Shown: positions 13,679-23,444, counted from the stretch's first letter. The stretch is DNA of 64,000 bases from Anaerolineales bacterium (GCA_037379555.1 JARRJK010000013.1:3514-67513); one strand, 5' to 3'. Numbers and translations: made by a program. The notes: generated from the letters alone by a model not told the origin.

Positions 13679-15597
13679 AGCTCCGCATGCTCGTGCTTGG
13701 CCTTTCCCTGGCGCTGCTCACAGGCTGCTCACTCGCCGGCGATATCACGCCTCCACCGGCCCTGGCGACTCAGCAGGCGGCTCAGGTCTCAGTCCAGAGC
13801 ACGCCTCTCAGTTCACAGCCCGAGCAAGCCTCCGATGAGCAAGCGTCCGCTCCCACGCCGCCGGATGCCAATCCTTCCCTCATGAGCGGTGCTTTGATCT
13901 ACGTTGAGCGCTGCGCCCCCTGTCATGGTGAAGACGGATTGGGCCGGGGCAGTATGGCTGCTAATCTCGAAATTCCGCCCAGCCCGCTGGGCGATCCGGC
14001 GTTCGCCGTCCAGGTTCGGCCGGAGGATTGGTATGCGATCGTGACGCAGGGGCGGATGGAGCGTTTCATGCCGCCTTTCGCCAGCCTGAGCGATGCGCAG
14101 CGTTGGGATGTCGTTGCTTACGCCCTCAGTTTGAGCACACCCGGCGAGGTGGTGGCCGAGGGGGAGGAGCTCTACAGCCAGGTATGCATCGAGTGCCATG
14201 GCCCGACGGGAGCCGAAGGCACTGCTGAGATCGATCTCACGGCGCCGGCCTTCTACGCCGGGCAGTCGCTTGAGTCGCTCGAGGCGACCATCGCGTCGGG
14301 CGGAAACGGCATGCCGGCTTTCGCCGAAACCTTCGATGCAGAGCAGCAGTTGGCGCTCGCAGCATACGTGCGTTCGCTTGCATTTGGGGGTGCGCCTGCC
14401 TCGATGATGGCGGGTACATCGGAAACGGCTGAGAGCACACCTGCTGCCGGTGAGGCAGAAACCGCTCCCAGTGAAACTGAATCAATTCCAGTGCTGGGAA
14501 GTATTGAAGGACAGATCACGAACGGCACGCCGGGCGGCGAACAACCGGGAGCGCTTGAGGTTTCGATCGTCGGATTTGACAACGATCAGCCGGTCTTCAC
14601 CCGGGACGTCACAGCCGATAGCGAAGGCCACTACGCCGTCGACGGCGTTGAGGTCGTGTTGGGCCGGATCTTCGGGGCGATCGTGGAGTATGAGGGTGTG
14701 CCCTACTACTCCTCTGCCGGTCACCTGCTGGAGGGGGAGCCTGAGCTGCAGCTGCCGATCACCGTTTTTGAAACCACTCCTGATATAAGCTCGGTTCGTA
14801 TAGACCAGATGCACGTGATCTTCGATTTCTCCGTCGCAGGACAGGTCGAAGTGTCTCAACTCTGGCTCGTATCGAACAGCAGTGACAGGACGGTTGTGCA
14901 ATCGAACGGGCAGAACGCGATTCCCGTGGACCTCCCGCAAGGCGCTGCGAATCTGAGTTTCGGCGACCAGGCAGGCGGGGCGCTCTATACTCCGACGGAT
15001 ACCGGCTTTCTGATGCACGAACCGGTTCGGCCGGATGACGCGCTCGAGCTGATTTTCAGCTTCACGTTGCCCTACACGCGCAGCCTGGATTACGAACAGA
15101 CGATGGCTCTCTCCGCGGATTCCATCGATGTGATCACCGAGCGCAACGCTCCCCGCATCTCGGGTCCTGAGCTTACGTCAATGGGCGAAAGATCCATGGG
15201 CGAGATCCAGCTTCAGACCTATCAGCGGCCGGGTCTGGCGAAGGGCGAGCTGCTCAAGCTCGAACTGAGCGGCCAGCCGGGATCCGCTTCCTCCGGCTCA
15301 TTCAACACCAACCTGCTGATCGGCCTTGGAGCCCTGGCCCTGGCGCTGGTCATAGCTGGTCTCGGATTTTGGCAGCTGCGCATGAAACATGAACCTGATC
15401 CGCAGCGGCAGGCGGAGGTGGGGAGTAGCCGAGCAGGCGGGCCGGACCATGCGATGGATCGTGACAGGCTGGTGCAGGCGATCGCAGGCCTGGATGCCGC
15501 TTTTGAGGAGGGCAGTATAGATGCCGCGGAATATCACGAACGGCGGGATGCGCTCAAGCGGGAACTGATGAATCTCATGAGTGAGGAGCATGATTGA
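13675..15597 (+). CDS. Diheme class I cytochrome c lipoprotein with a large beta-rich domain, a C-terminal TM helix and a cytoplasmic tail
   Basis: Lipobox LLTGCS. Heme motifs CAPCHG...FMPPF and CIECHG...GMPAF. TM helix LLIGLGALALALVIAGLGFW. The tail AFEEGSIDAAEYHERRDALKREL repeats the motif seen in the preceding gene. Confidence 0.75.
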   Translation: MKLRMLVLGLSLALLTGCSLAGDITPPPALATQQAAQVSVQSTPLSSQPEQASDEQASAPTPPDANPSLMSGALIYVERCAPCHGEDGLGRGSMAANLEIPPSPLGDPAFAVQVRPEDWYAIVTQGRMERFMPPFASLSDAQRWDVVAYALSLSTPGEVVAEGEELYSQVCIECHGPTGAEGTAEIDLTAPAFYAGQSLESLEATIASGGNGMPAFAETFDAEQQLALAAYVRSLAFGGAPASMMAGTSETAESTPAAGEAETAPSETESIPVLGSIEGQITNGTPGGEQPGALEVSIVGFDNDQPVFTRDVTADSEGHYAVDGVEVVLGRIFGAIVEYEGVPYYSSAGHLLEGEPELQLPITVFETTPDISSVRIDQMHVIFDFSVAGQVEVSQLWLVSNSSDRTVVQSNGQNAIPVDLPQGAANLSFGDQAGGALYTPTDTGFLMHEPVRPDDALELIFSFTLPYTRSLDYEQTMALSADSIDVITERNAPRISGPELTSMGERSMGEIQLQTYQRPGLAKGELLKLELSGQPGSASSGSFNTNLLIGLGALALALVIAGLGFWQLRMKHEPDPQRQAEVGSSRAGGPDHAMDRDRLVQAIAGLDAAFEEGSIDAAEYHERRDALKRELMNLMSEEHD

Positions 15598-16288
15598 GGT
15601 CAGGGGTCTGGTCAAGACCTTCGGTCCCAAGCCTGTGCTGAAGGGCGTGGATTTTCACGTTGGCGAGGGAGAGTTCGTCGCGCTGCTTGGCCCCAATGGA
15701 GCCGGTAAGACGACCTTTCTGCGAATTCTCGCCACGCTGTCGCGCCCGCGCATCGGTTCGGTGCGGATTGCTGGCCACGCCCTGCCGGGACAGGCGGCTG
15801 CCGTCCGGCGGCGGCTGGGAGTTGTCTCACACCAGCCGCTTCTTTACGGCGATCTGACAGCGGAGGAGAATCTGCACTTCTTCGGCCGCATGTACGCCAT
15901 CGAAGGTCGTGAAGACCGCGTTCGCGAAGTCCTCAAACTGGTCGGCCTGTATCCGCGGCGGCGGGACCTGGTGCGCGAGTTTTCGCGCGGCATGCAGCAG
16001 CGGCTTGCGATTGGACGGGCGGTGATGCACCGCCCGGACGTCCTGCTTTTCGACGAGCCGCACACCGGGCTCGATCAGGATGCGCGCGTCATGCTCGACA
16101 CGGTGCTGCGCGAGATCACTACGGGCGGACGAACCGTCGTCATGACCACGCATGATCTCGACCGGGCGGCGGAGCTCGCTGACCGGATCGACATTCTATC
16201 CAGAGGCAAAATCGAAGCTTCGGTCGAGAGCGATCGAACGGATGTGGGCCAGCTGCAAGAGCTTTACCGCGAGGTCACACATGCCTGA
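15581..16288 (+). CDS. ccmA: Heme exporter ABC ATPase CcmA
   Basis: Walker A GPNGAGKTT, ABC signature FSRGMQQRL, Walker B LLFDEP. The start is uncertain (GTG 15581 or ATG 15590). Confidence 0.85.
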   Translation: MRSMIEVRGLVKTFGPKPVLKGVDFHVGEGEFVALLGPNGAGKTTFLRILATLSRPRIGSVRIAGHALPGQAAAVRRRLGVVSHQPLLYGDLTAEENLHFFGRMYAIEGREDRVREVLKLVGLYPRRRDLVREFSRGMQQRLAIGRAVMHRPDVLLFDEPHTGLDQDARVMLDTVLREITTGGRTVVMTTHDLDRAAELADRIDILSRGKIEASVESDRTDVGQLQELYREVTHA

Positions 16289-17006
16289 GCCAGCCGTGAA
16301 CCTGCCCTCTGTCCGGGTTGTCCGGCATCCGCTGCTCGATTACCTGCGTGCGATTGGTGCCGTGATCTGGAAGGACGTGCTGGCGGAGTTCCGCAGCCGC
16401 GAGCTGCTCAGCGCGATGCTCGTGTTCTCGCTGCTAGTGATCCTGATTTTCAACTTCGCGCTCGAGCTCGACATCCGCACGCGCGCCACGGTCGCCTCCG
16501 GAGTGCTGTGGGTGACCTTCGCCTTCGCGGGGACGCTGGGGCTCAACCGTTCGATGGCGATTGAGAAGGACCGCGGCTGCCTCGATGGACTGCTGCTGGC
16601 GCCGGTCGACCGGAGCGCGATCTTCTTTGGCAAGGCGATCGGCAATCTGATGTTCATGGCACTGGTCGAGTTGATCGTGCTGCCGGTTTTCTCCGTCCTG
16701 TACAACATGAACCTCTTCCATCCCGGCCTGCTCCTGGTCGTGCTGCTGGGATCGATCGGGTATGTCGCCGTCGGGACGCTGCTGTCATCGATGGCTGTTC
16801 ATGCACGCACACGCGACGTCTTGCTGCCGATCCTGCTCTTCCCGGTCGCCATCCCGGTGCTGCTGGCAGCCGTCAAGGCGAGCAATGGGTTTTTACAAGC
16901 CGTCGAGATGGCCGATATCTGGCCGTGGCTGAACCTGCTCATCGTTTATGATGTGATCTTCATCGCGGTGTCCTTCATGGTTTTTGATTACATCGTCGAA
17001 GAATGA
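16281..17006 (+). CDS. ccmB: Heme exporter permease CcmB
   Basis: Start ATG 16281 overlaps the ccmA stop. About 6 TM helices. The track ORF start at 16152 lies inside ccmA. Confidence 0.8.
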   Translation: MPEPAVNLPSVRVVRHPLLDYLRAIGAVIWKDVLAEFRSRELLSAMLVFSLLVILIFNFALELDIRTRATVASGVLWVTFAFAGTLGLNRSMAIEKDRGCLDGLLLAPVDRSAIFFGKAIGNLMFMALVELIVLPVFSVLYNMNLFHPGLLLVVLLGSIGYVAVGTLLSSMAVHARTRDVLLPILLFPVAIPVLLAAVKASNGFLQAVEMADIWPWLNLLIVYDVIFIAVSFMVFDYIVEE

Positions 17007-17052
17007 TGCCTGCTTGCAGCATGATACCCGTCAACCTGTGGAGTATGTCGAA

Positions 17053-17754
17053 ATGAAACCTATGCCAACCGCACTCAAAGCATTGAACGTATTTACGAGC
17101 GTCGTCTTCGCCATTGCGCTGTACCTGGTGCTTTTTTATGCACCACGTGAAGCTGTGATGGGGGACGTGCAGCGGGTGTTTTACTTCCACGTCGCCGCCG
17201 GTTGGGTGGGCGCGCTGGCTTTCCTTGTGACCGCTATCGCGGGCATCTTCGTCTTGCTGCGGGGCGATCACCGCTGGGATCAACTCGCGCTGGCATCGGT
17301 CGAGATCGGCGTGGTCTTCACCTTCATCAACATTGTCACGGGCTCGATCTGGGCCAAGCCGGTCTGGAACACCTGGTGGACGTGGGACCCGCGCCTGGTG
17401 ACGGCGACGGTGATGGAGTTGATTTACCTGGCCTACCTGATGCTGCGGCAGGGGATTGAGGATCCGGACCGGCGTGCCAGGTTTGCAGCGGTTTACGGGA
17501 TCGTGGGCTTCCTGAGTGTGCCGCTGACATTCCTCTCAATCCGCATCTTCCGTACCATCCATCCAGTGGTGGTCGGGAGCAGCGATCCGACTGCCCAGGG
17601 CACGTTCGACATGACACCCAAAATGCGCCTGGCGTTCTTCTTCAGCTTGTTCACATTCACCTTCGTCTACGCCACGCTGCTCTGGCATCGGCTGCGCTTG
17701 CAGCAGTTCAAAGAGCGCATCGAAGAGCGCAAGCTTCAGGCGCTGACAGCCTGA
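17053..17754 (+). CDS. ccmC: Heme exporter/handling protein CcmC
   Basis: WWD motif WAKPVWNTWWTWDPRLV. Polytopic. Start at MKPMPTALK. Confidence 0.85.
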   Translation: MKPMPTALKALNVFTSVVFAIALYLVLFYAPREAVMGDVQRVFYFHVAAGWVGALAFLVTAIAGIFVLLRGDHRWDQLALASVEIGVVFTFINIVTGSIWAKPVWNTWWTWDPRLVTATVMELIYLAYLMLRQGIEDPDRRARFAAVYGIVGFLSVPLTFLSIRIFRTIHPVVVGSSDPTAQGTFDMTPKMRLAFFFSLFTFTFVYATLLWHRLRLQQFKERIEERKLQALTA

Positions 17755-17773
17755 GATCGGGGAGCGATAACAA

Positions 17774-17929
17774 ATGTGGCTTCAAGAAGCAGCAGCAAAT
17801 ACGTTCGGATACATGGTCCTGGGGTATGCTGTGATCCTCGGAACCATGACGTTATTCATCCTGAGCATCGCGCTGCGTACACGCAGCTTGCGCAGAGATG
17901 AGGAACTGCTGGACGAACTCGAACAATAA
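17774..17929 (+). CDS. ccmD: CcmD-like small single-TM protein (51 aa, below the ORF-track size cutoff)
   Basis: My own translation: MWLQEAAANTFGYMVLGYAVILGTMTLFILSIALRTRSLRRDEELLDELEQ*. It sits immediately after ccmC, which is the expected position for ccmD. Confidence 0.55.
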   Translation: MWLQEAAANTFGYMVLGYAVILGTMTLFILSIALRTRSLRRDEELLDELEQ

Positions 17930-17942
17930 AATTGAGTTCAGA

Positions 17943-18896
17943 ATGCCCATGCGCGTCCTGATCACCGGAGCCGCTGGCAACCTCGGCTCCCTGCTCGCCG
18001 AGCATCTGCTTGCATCCAATGGAATCCAGCTGCGGTTGATGATCCATCACAAGCCGCTGTCGGATAGGATCCGCCAGGCGGATGTTGAAGTTGTCCATGC
18101 GGATCTTGGACGGCGAAGCGTGCTTCCGGCAGCCGTTGATAACGTGCAGGTCGTAGTCCATTTCGCCGGAGAGCTGTTCAAGCCCTGGCCGGAACGGTTT
18201 CTCCAGCGGACCAATGTCGATTATGTGTGCAATCTCCTTCAGGCCAGCACGCAGTCCGGTGTCCAGCGCTGGATTCTGGTCAGCTTCCCACATGTAGAAG
18301 GCGAAACCAACCCGGAGCGACCTGCCACAGGCCGGCTGGATGGAAAACCCGAATCGATTCATGCACGCACACGCCTGGCGGCGGAACACGCGCTGTTCGA
18401 AGCCAGCGAGCGCTCGGGGATGACGGCTGTCGTTCTGAGGCCGGGGATGATCTACGCCCGCAATGTGCTGATGATCGAGGCGGGGCGCTGGCTGATGAAG
18501 CGCAGACTGCTGCCCGTCTGGCCCAGGGATACCTGGATTCACCTGCTGTCATTGCCCGATTTCTTCGCCTGCACCGAGGCGGCGATCTGTAAACCCGACG
18601 TAAGCGGCGTGTATAACCTTGGCGACGATGCGCCCCTGACCCTGCAGTCCTTTCTCGATCAACTTGCCGAGCACTGGGCTTTCCCCCGCCCGCGGCGCAT
18701 GCCCTGGCCGCTCTTTCCGCTGGCCGGACTGCTGACTGAGATCGGCGCGGCGCTCGCCCGTACACCGGCGCCCTTGACACGTGACTTCGTGCGCATCGGC
18801 CGTGCGTCCTATGCAAGTGACACCTCCCGCATGAAGGCTGATCTGATCGATCAACTGGCGTACCCGACGCTGGCGGATGGCCTGAGCCTGCTGTGA
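17943..18896 (+). CDS. NAD-dependent epimerase/dehydratase (extended SDR) family protein
   Basis: Rossmann motif VLITGAAGNLGSLL at the N-terminus. Start at MPMRVLITG. Confidence 0.8.
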   Translation: MPMRVLITGAAGNLGSLLAEHLLASNGIQLRLMIHHKPLSDRIRQADVEVVHADLGRRSVLPAAVDNVQVVVHFAGELFKPWPERFLQRTNVDYVCNLLQASTQSGVQRWILVSFPHVEGETNPERPATGRLDGKPESIHARTRLAAEHALFEASERSGMTAVVLRPGMIYARNVLMIEAGRWLMKRRLLPVWPRDTWIHLLSLPDFFACTEAAICKPDVSGVYNLGDDAPLTLQSFLDQLAEHWAFPRPRRMPWPLFPLAGLLTEIGAALARTPAPLTRDFVRIGRASYASDTSRMKADLIDQLAYPTLADGLSLL

Positions 18897-18948
18897 TCTG
18901 AGAGACTTTGATTCCTGCGAGGAACGGGCATGCTGCAAGGTTTGGTGG

Positions 18949-19629
18949 ATGATGATGGACCGTATGCGTGAACTTGGCGATGAATTTCGGCGGGTGGTGC
19001 TCACTCAGCCAAGCGTCCTCGATGTGGTCCTGCCCCCGGTTGTGTACCTTGTCGTCAGGGCGATATTCGGCTTTAGCTATGCTGTCGCGGCTGCGCTGAT
19101 CCTGGCGATTTTCCTTGGAGCGCTGCGTCTCCGGCGCAGACATACACTCTGGTATGCGCTCGCAGGCCTGTTGGGGGTGGTGCTGGCCGCGCTCCTCTCC
19201 CGTTTCACTGGGTCCGAAGCAGGCTACTTTCTGCCGGGCATCGCCTCCGGTGGGCTGACCGCATTGGCGTGCCTGGTGAGCGTGCTGATCCGGCGGCCGC
19301 TCGTCGCCCTCACAAGCCATCTCGCTCGGCGCTGGCCTTTGGGCTGGTACCGGCATGAGCGTGTCCGGCCGGCGTATTCCGAGGTCACGCTTGCCTGGGC
19401 GGTCTTCTTCGCGCTGCGAGCTGGCCTGCAGTTTGCGCTGTATCGCCAGGCTTCCGGCACGCTGCTGGCAGTTCTGAATCTGCTTTCGGGCTGGCCGGCG
19501 ACTGTTCTCCTGCTGGTCGCCAGCTATCTTTATGGCACATGGCGCCTGCGCTCGCTGGGGGGGCCGAGTGTGGACGAATTCGTGCTGGGCAGCCCGCCAC
19601 CGTGGCAAGGCCAACAACGGGGTTTCTGA
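18949..19629 (+). CDS. Integral membrane protein of unknown function (DUF3159-like)
   Basis: 226 aa with 4-5 hydrophobic helices. No catalytic motif recognised. Confidence 0.45.
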   Translation: MMMDRMRELGDEFRRVVLTQPSVLDVVLPPVVYLVVRAIFGFSYAVAAALILAIFLGALRLRRRHTLWYALAGLLGVVLAALLSRFTGSEAGYFLPGIASGGLTALACLVSVLIRRPLVALTSHLARRWPLGWYRHERVRPAYSEVTLAWAVFFALRAGLQFALYRQASGTLLAVLNLLSGWPATVLLLVASYLYGTWRLRSLGGPSVDEFVLGSPPPWQGQQRGF

Positions 19630-19683
19630 CGATCGGGAACTCGGGTGAGGGAAGGGACGTTAACAGTAGGAAGGAGGTTCGTG

Positions 19684-20121
19684 ATGAAAAAACTTGCGCT
19701 TCTCACTGCGCTTCTGTTGACTGCGATTCTGGCTGCCTGCGCGGGTGGAACCATCGAACCGACTCCTACCATCCCTTCAGACGGAGAAGTCCTCCATGGC
19801 AAAGCGACAGTTGAAGAGGTAGATATCGTCTTTATGGAGTCTTTTCCGCTGCAGGTGCGTGTCACAGCCAAGGGATATCTGGCCGATTCATGCACCACCA
19901 TCGACGAAGTCATCGTGAACCGGGTCGAGCGCACGTTCACGGTCGAGATCACAACGGCGCGGCCAGCGCATGCGATGTGCGCCCAGATCGTGCAGCCATT
20001 CGAGAAGTCCATTCCGCTCGATGTCTACGGCTTGCCAGCTGGCGATTATTCGGTCGACGTCAATGGGGTTACGGCAGGGTTTACCTTCACGCAGGACAAT
20101 ATCCTGCCGGATGCCGGGTAG
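19684..20121 (+). CDS. Lipoprotein of unknown function
   Basis: Signal peptide plus lipobox MKKLALLTALLLTAILAAC. Small beta-rich domain with two Cys. Confidence 0.6.
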   Translation: MKKLALLTALLLTAILAACAGGTIEPTPTIPSDGEVLHGKATVEEVDIVFMESFPLQVRVTAKGYLADSCTTIDEVIVNRVERTFTVEITTARPAHAMCAQIVQPFEKSIPLDVYGLPAGDYSVDVNGVTAGFTFTQDNILPDAG

Positions 20122-20143
20122 CGAGCGTCAAAACGAAGGAAGG

Positions 20144-20171
20144 CCGCGAGCAACTGCTCGCGGTCTTTGCG
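20144..20171. terminator. Bidirectional intrinsic terminator between convergent genes
   Basis: CCGCGAGC-AACT-GCTCGCGG is a perfect 8-bp stem, followed by TCTTTGCG. Confidence 0.6.
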
Positions 20172-20184
20172 TTGTAAAGCCGGT

Positions 20185-20673
20185 TCAGGCCTTGAGCAGC
20201 GTTTCGAGCCGCCGGGCGGACTCAGCCTCGATCTCGGCGTGCAGGCTGTTGCCATGCGAATCCATCGTGACCACCGCAGGAAAGCCCTCCACTTCGATCA
20301 CCCACATTGCCTCAGGCACGCCGAAGTTCAGTTTATGAACGCCGCGCACTGCACGCACGCTCTGAGCGATCAGTGTGGCGGCCCCGCCGATGGCATGCAG
20401 GTAGACTCCCGGCACTGTCGCACATGCGTCCAGCGTCTTGGGCCCCATCCCTCCCTTTCCGATCACGGCGCGCAGGTCGAAGTGTTGCATGACCTCGCCC
20501 TGGTAAGGTTCCTCGCGCGTGCTCGTCGTCGGCCCGGCGGCGACAAAGCGGTAGATCATCCATTTATGCGCTGCATCGCGCCCGGTGAGCATCACACCTG
20601 ATAGCGATACGGGATCACCGACCTCCAGGGAACGGACGATATCCGCTGAGAGCGGAAGATCAAGCGTCTTCAT
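20185..20673 (-). CDS. Class I Fe-S fumarate/tartrate hydro-lyase, beta subunit
   Basis: 162 aa. GDPVSLSGVMLTGRDAAHK... is typical of the beta region. It is adjacent to the alpha subunit. Confidence 0.85.
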   Translation of the reverse strand: MKTLDLPLSADIVRSLEVGDPVSLSGVMLTGRDAAHKWMIYRFVAAGPTTSTREEPYQGEVMQHFDLRAVIGKGGMGPKTLDACATVPGVYLHAIGGAATLIAQSVRAVRGVHKLNFGVPEAMWVIEVEGFPAVVTMDSHGNSLHAEIEAESARRLETLLKA

Positions 20674-20685
20674 GAGTCCACCCCT

Positions 20686-21558
20686 TCAGCTGTACTTGAT
20701 CGAACCGGCGTGCACGGTCATGCGGCGCCGTCGATGCGCCCAGCACATATATGATACAGAAACGAAGTAGCTCGCCGGCAAACGGTGCATGCCGCGCAGC
20801 TTGACATCCAGAACCGTCGTTTTTCCGCCGAAACCCATCGGGCCGATGCCGAGCTTGTTGGCCTCGTTGTAGAGGCGCTTTTCCAGCGCTGCCAGCTTCT
20901 CGTCCGGGTTTTGATCCTTCAGTGGCCTGAACAGGGCTTCCTTTGAAGCGTAGTAGGATGAGCCGCGGTCGCCGCCGATTGCCACGCCGAGCACGCCCGG
21001 CGCGCAGCCTTTGCCCTGGGCGCGCTGGACGGCATCGAGCACCACCCGCCGCACCCCCTGCAGGTCGCGGCCAGCGCCCAATCGGCTGTCGGGCAGCGAA
21101 TACTGTGCGCCGACGTTTTCGCATCCGCCGCCTTTAAGGATCAGATCGATGATCAGGTCTTCACCTTCAACTTCCTTGAAGTGAATGGTCGGAAATGCAT
21201 CATCCCCGAGATTGTTCCCGCTGTTGACGCCGGAGACGGTATCTACGGCGTTGGGCCGCAGGTAGGTGTGTTCCGTCGCCGCGGCCACGGCGTCCCTGAT
21301 CTGCGCCTTCAATTCGCGCGTGCTCCAGCCTGATGGATGCTGGACATCGAAGATAGGTGTGCCCGTATCCTGACAGATGGGTGTGCTGTTTTCGCGGGCC
21401 AGGGCAACGTTCTCCAGAATGCTGTCCAATGCACCCTGGGCAGCGGATCCCTTGGACTCCGCTTCGCGAGCCTCTTCAAGCACCTTCTGCACATCAGGGG
21501 GAAGATCGGTCGAAGTTCGGCGGATCAATTCGAGCAGCGGTTCACGGAGGTCCTGCAT
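20686..21558 (-). CDS. Class I Fe-S fumarate/tartrate hydro-lyase, alpha subunit
   Basis: 290 aa containing PICQDTGTPIF and a GGCENVGAQY-type motif. Confidence 0.85.
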   Translation of the reverse strand: MQDLREPLLELIRRTSTDLPPDVQKVLEEAREAESKGSAAQGALDSILENVALARENSTPICQDTGTPIFDVQHPSGWSTRELKAQIRDAVAAATEHTYLRPNAVDTVSGVNSGNNLGDDAFPTIHFKEVEGEDLIIDLILKGGGCENVGAQYSLPDSRLGAGRDLQGVRRVVLDAVQRAQGKGCAPGVLGVAIGGDRGSSYYASKEALFRPLKDQNPDEKLAALEKRLYNEANKLGIGPMGFGGKTTVLDVKLRGMHRLPASYFVSVSYMCWAHRRRRMTVHAGSIKYS

Positions 21559-21698
21559 GCGATCCCCTCTCTTTTCACTCCCGGAGGCATTCCGGAAAGT
21601 CTGAATTCATTCTTCTCCTGCTCCGCCGGAGCGAGAAGTGATGAAGCGCGCTTCCTGGGGCGCAGGATTTCGCTTTTCAAGTTGGACGATAGTTAGCA

Positions 21699-22532
21699 TC
21701 AATCGGACGGATCTGTCCGTGCAACAAGAATAGAGCATGTGGCGCTGGAGAACAGCTGTGGACCCACGTTTCCCAGAGCCAACCGGTTGAAGATGCGCTT
21801 GGGTTCCGGGGCGCCGATGACGATCAGGTCGTAATGCCCGATCTCTTCCGCCCGCAGGATCTCTTCGGCGACCACACCATGGCGCAGTTCGAGTTTGGCT
21901 TCCACGCCACCTTCCTCGGCTCGTACAGCCGCCTGGCGCAGATGCTTGGCGAGCGGTGTATCGCGCTCCAGGACGTCCTGCAGTGTTTCGTCCAGAGCCT
22001 GCAAGCCAGTGTACATCCAGGGGGAGCCGCTCGCGACGTGCAGGATGGTAGCGTGCGCCCCGGTCACGGCTGCCAGCGCAAGCCCGCGGTCGATGACGAC
22101 GTTCGAAGCTGGATGTCCGCCGGTGCAGATCAAGATGTTCTTCAAGGCAGAGGGGGGGTTGCGGATCAAGAGCACCGAATCAGCGATCCGCTCGGCCAGG
22201 CGCTGGCTGAGACGGGTTGCCACGCGGTTGCCAAGACCGCGCGAAGTGCCGAGCACAACCAACTCATGCTCCTCCGGATCCAGTTCCTGCTGGATGATCT
22301 GCTTGAAATCTCCCCGGGCCTGTATCACCTGATCCGGTTCTTGATCCAGGTACCGGCGGGTGTCTGCGATCAAGTCCTTGTCAGCGGCCCGCCTGCCCCG
22401 CACGTGAAGAAGGGTCAGCTTCAAGCCCAGGGCTCGCGTCACAAGCTCGGCGAAATGTATGGCGGCGGCATCCGGTCCGCGCTGCCCGATGCAGATGATC
22501 GATCGCCCGCCGCTCGGAGCTGAAGCAGTCAT
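21699..22532 (-). CDS. Tandem universal stress protein (UspA) domain protein
   Basis: Two Usp-like halves ending in VLGTSRG and VIGAPEPK. Start chosen at MTASAPSGG. Confidence 0.7.
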   Translation of the reverse strand: MTASAPSGGRSIICIGQRGPDAAAIHFAELVTRALGLKLTLLHVRGRRAADKDLIADTRRYLDQEPDQVIQARGDFKQIIQQELDPEEHELVVLGTSRGLGNRVATRLSQRLAERIADSVLLIRNPPSALKNILICTGGHPASNVVIDRGLALAAVTGAHATILHVASGSPWMYTGLQALDETLQDVLERDTPLAKHLRQAAVRAEEGGVEAKLELRHGVVAEEILRAEEIGHYDLIVIGAPEPKRIFNRLALGNVGPQLFSSATCSILVARTDPSD

Positions 22533-22551
22533 TTCAAACCGCCCTCCCTGC

Positions 22552-23442
22552 TCAAATTCCCACCCGCAGCAGCACCATAATTGCCGCAAGCAGTGGAAGA
22601 ATGGAAAACATCAAGCGGATCGTCGGTCCAGAGAAGTAGCGCGTGCCGACGGCGCCGATCTGTGCACCGATCGCAGCCCCGGTGTGCATCGTGAGGGCGA
22701 TCATGATATCGACGTTTCCTTTTAACGCATGGCTGATTGTGCCGTAGCCAGCCGAGATGATGATCTCGAAAAGATCCGTCCCAACGGCGACGTGAGTCGG
22801 AATACCGAGCACATAAACCAGCAGCGGCAGGCGCAGAAACCCTCCGCCGACGCCGAGGAAGCCGGCCAGGAACCCGGTCAGCGTGCCAACCAGGATGACA
22901 GCCCAGATCGAAACCCTGCTAACTCCAGAGACGGGCAGGCGGATCAGTGGCGGAAGGCGAAGCAGGCGAGTGGTGACGCTGGTTCCCTCCACTTCTGAAA
23001 CTTCCTCGGCTTTCAGTTGATCAGTCCGCTTCATGCGTATCGCACGCAGACTTTCCCAGCCGGTGAAGAGCCCGATCGCCGTCAGGATGAAGACGTAGCT
23101 GTAGCCGACGACGTGCTCGATATTTCCCAGTGTCTTGAGGTACTCGAGAAATTGGGCGCCAAGCTCGATGCCGGGAATCGTGCCGATGATCATGAGCAGG
23201 CCGAGCCGCATGTCGACATTGCCTAGCGCCCGGTGTCGACGGGCGGCGACGATTGATTTGCCCGTCATATGTGCCAGGTCGGTGCCCACGACGAAGTTAA
23301 TCGGCACCCCGGTCCAGATCATGAGCGGACCGGCGAGAAAGCCGCCGCCCACGCCAAAGAATCCGCCCAGCACGCCCACAACAAAACCGATGCCAGCCAG
23401 AATGAGCGGGTGGATAAAGACGTCGGAGATCGGGAAGAACAT
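22552..23442 (-). CDS. TauE/SafE family anion (sulfite) exporter-like membrane protein
   Basis: 296 aa, polytopic, with repeated GxGGG motifs (GGFFGVGGGFLAGP and AGFLGVGGGFLRLP). Confidence 0.75.
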   Translation of the reverse strand: MFFPISDVFIHPLILAGIGFVVGVLGGFFGVGGGFLAGPLMIWTGVPINFVVGTDLAHMTGKSIVAARRHRALGNVDMRLGLLMIIGTIPGIELGAQFLEYLKTLGNIEHVVGYSYVFILTAIGLFTGWESLRAIRMKRTDQLKAEEVSEVEGTSVTTRLLRLPPLIRLPVSGVSRVSIWAVILVGTLTGFLAGFLGVGGGFLRLPLLVYVLGIPTHVAVGTDLFEIIISAGYGTISHALKGNVDIMIALTMHTGAAIGAQIGAVGTRYFSGPTIRLMFSILPLLAAIMVLLRVGI

Positions 23443-23444
23443 GA

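Noticed and set aside
18280-19617. 445-aa minus-strand ORF
   Set aside because: It is antisense to the epimerase and the DUF3159-like membrane gene. Its extreme R, P and A richness marks it as a shadow ORF.
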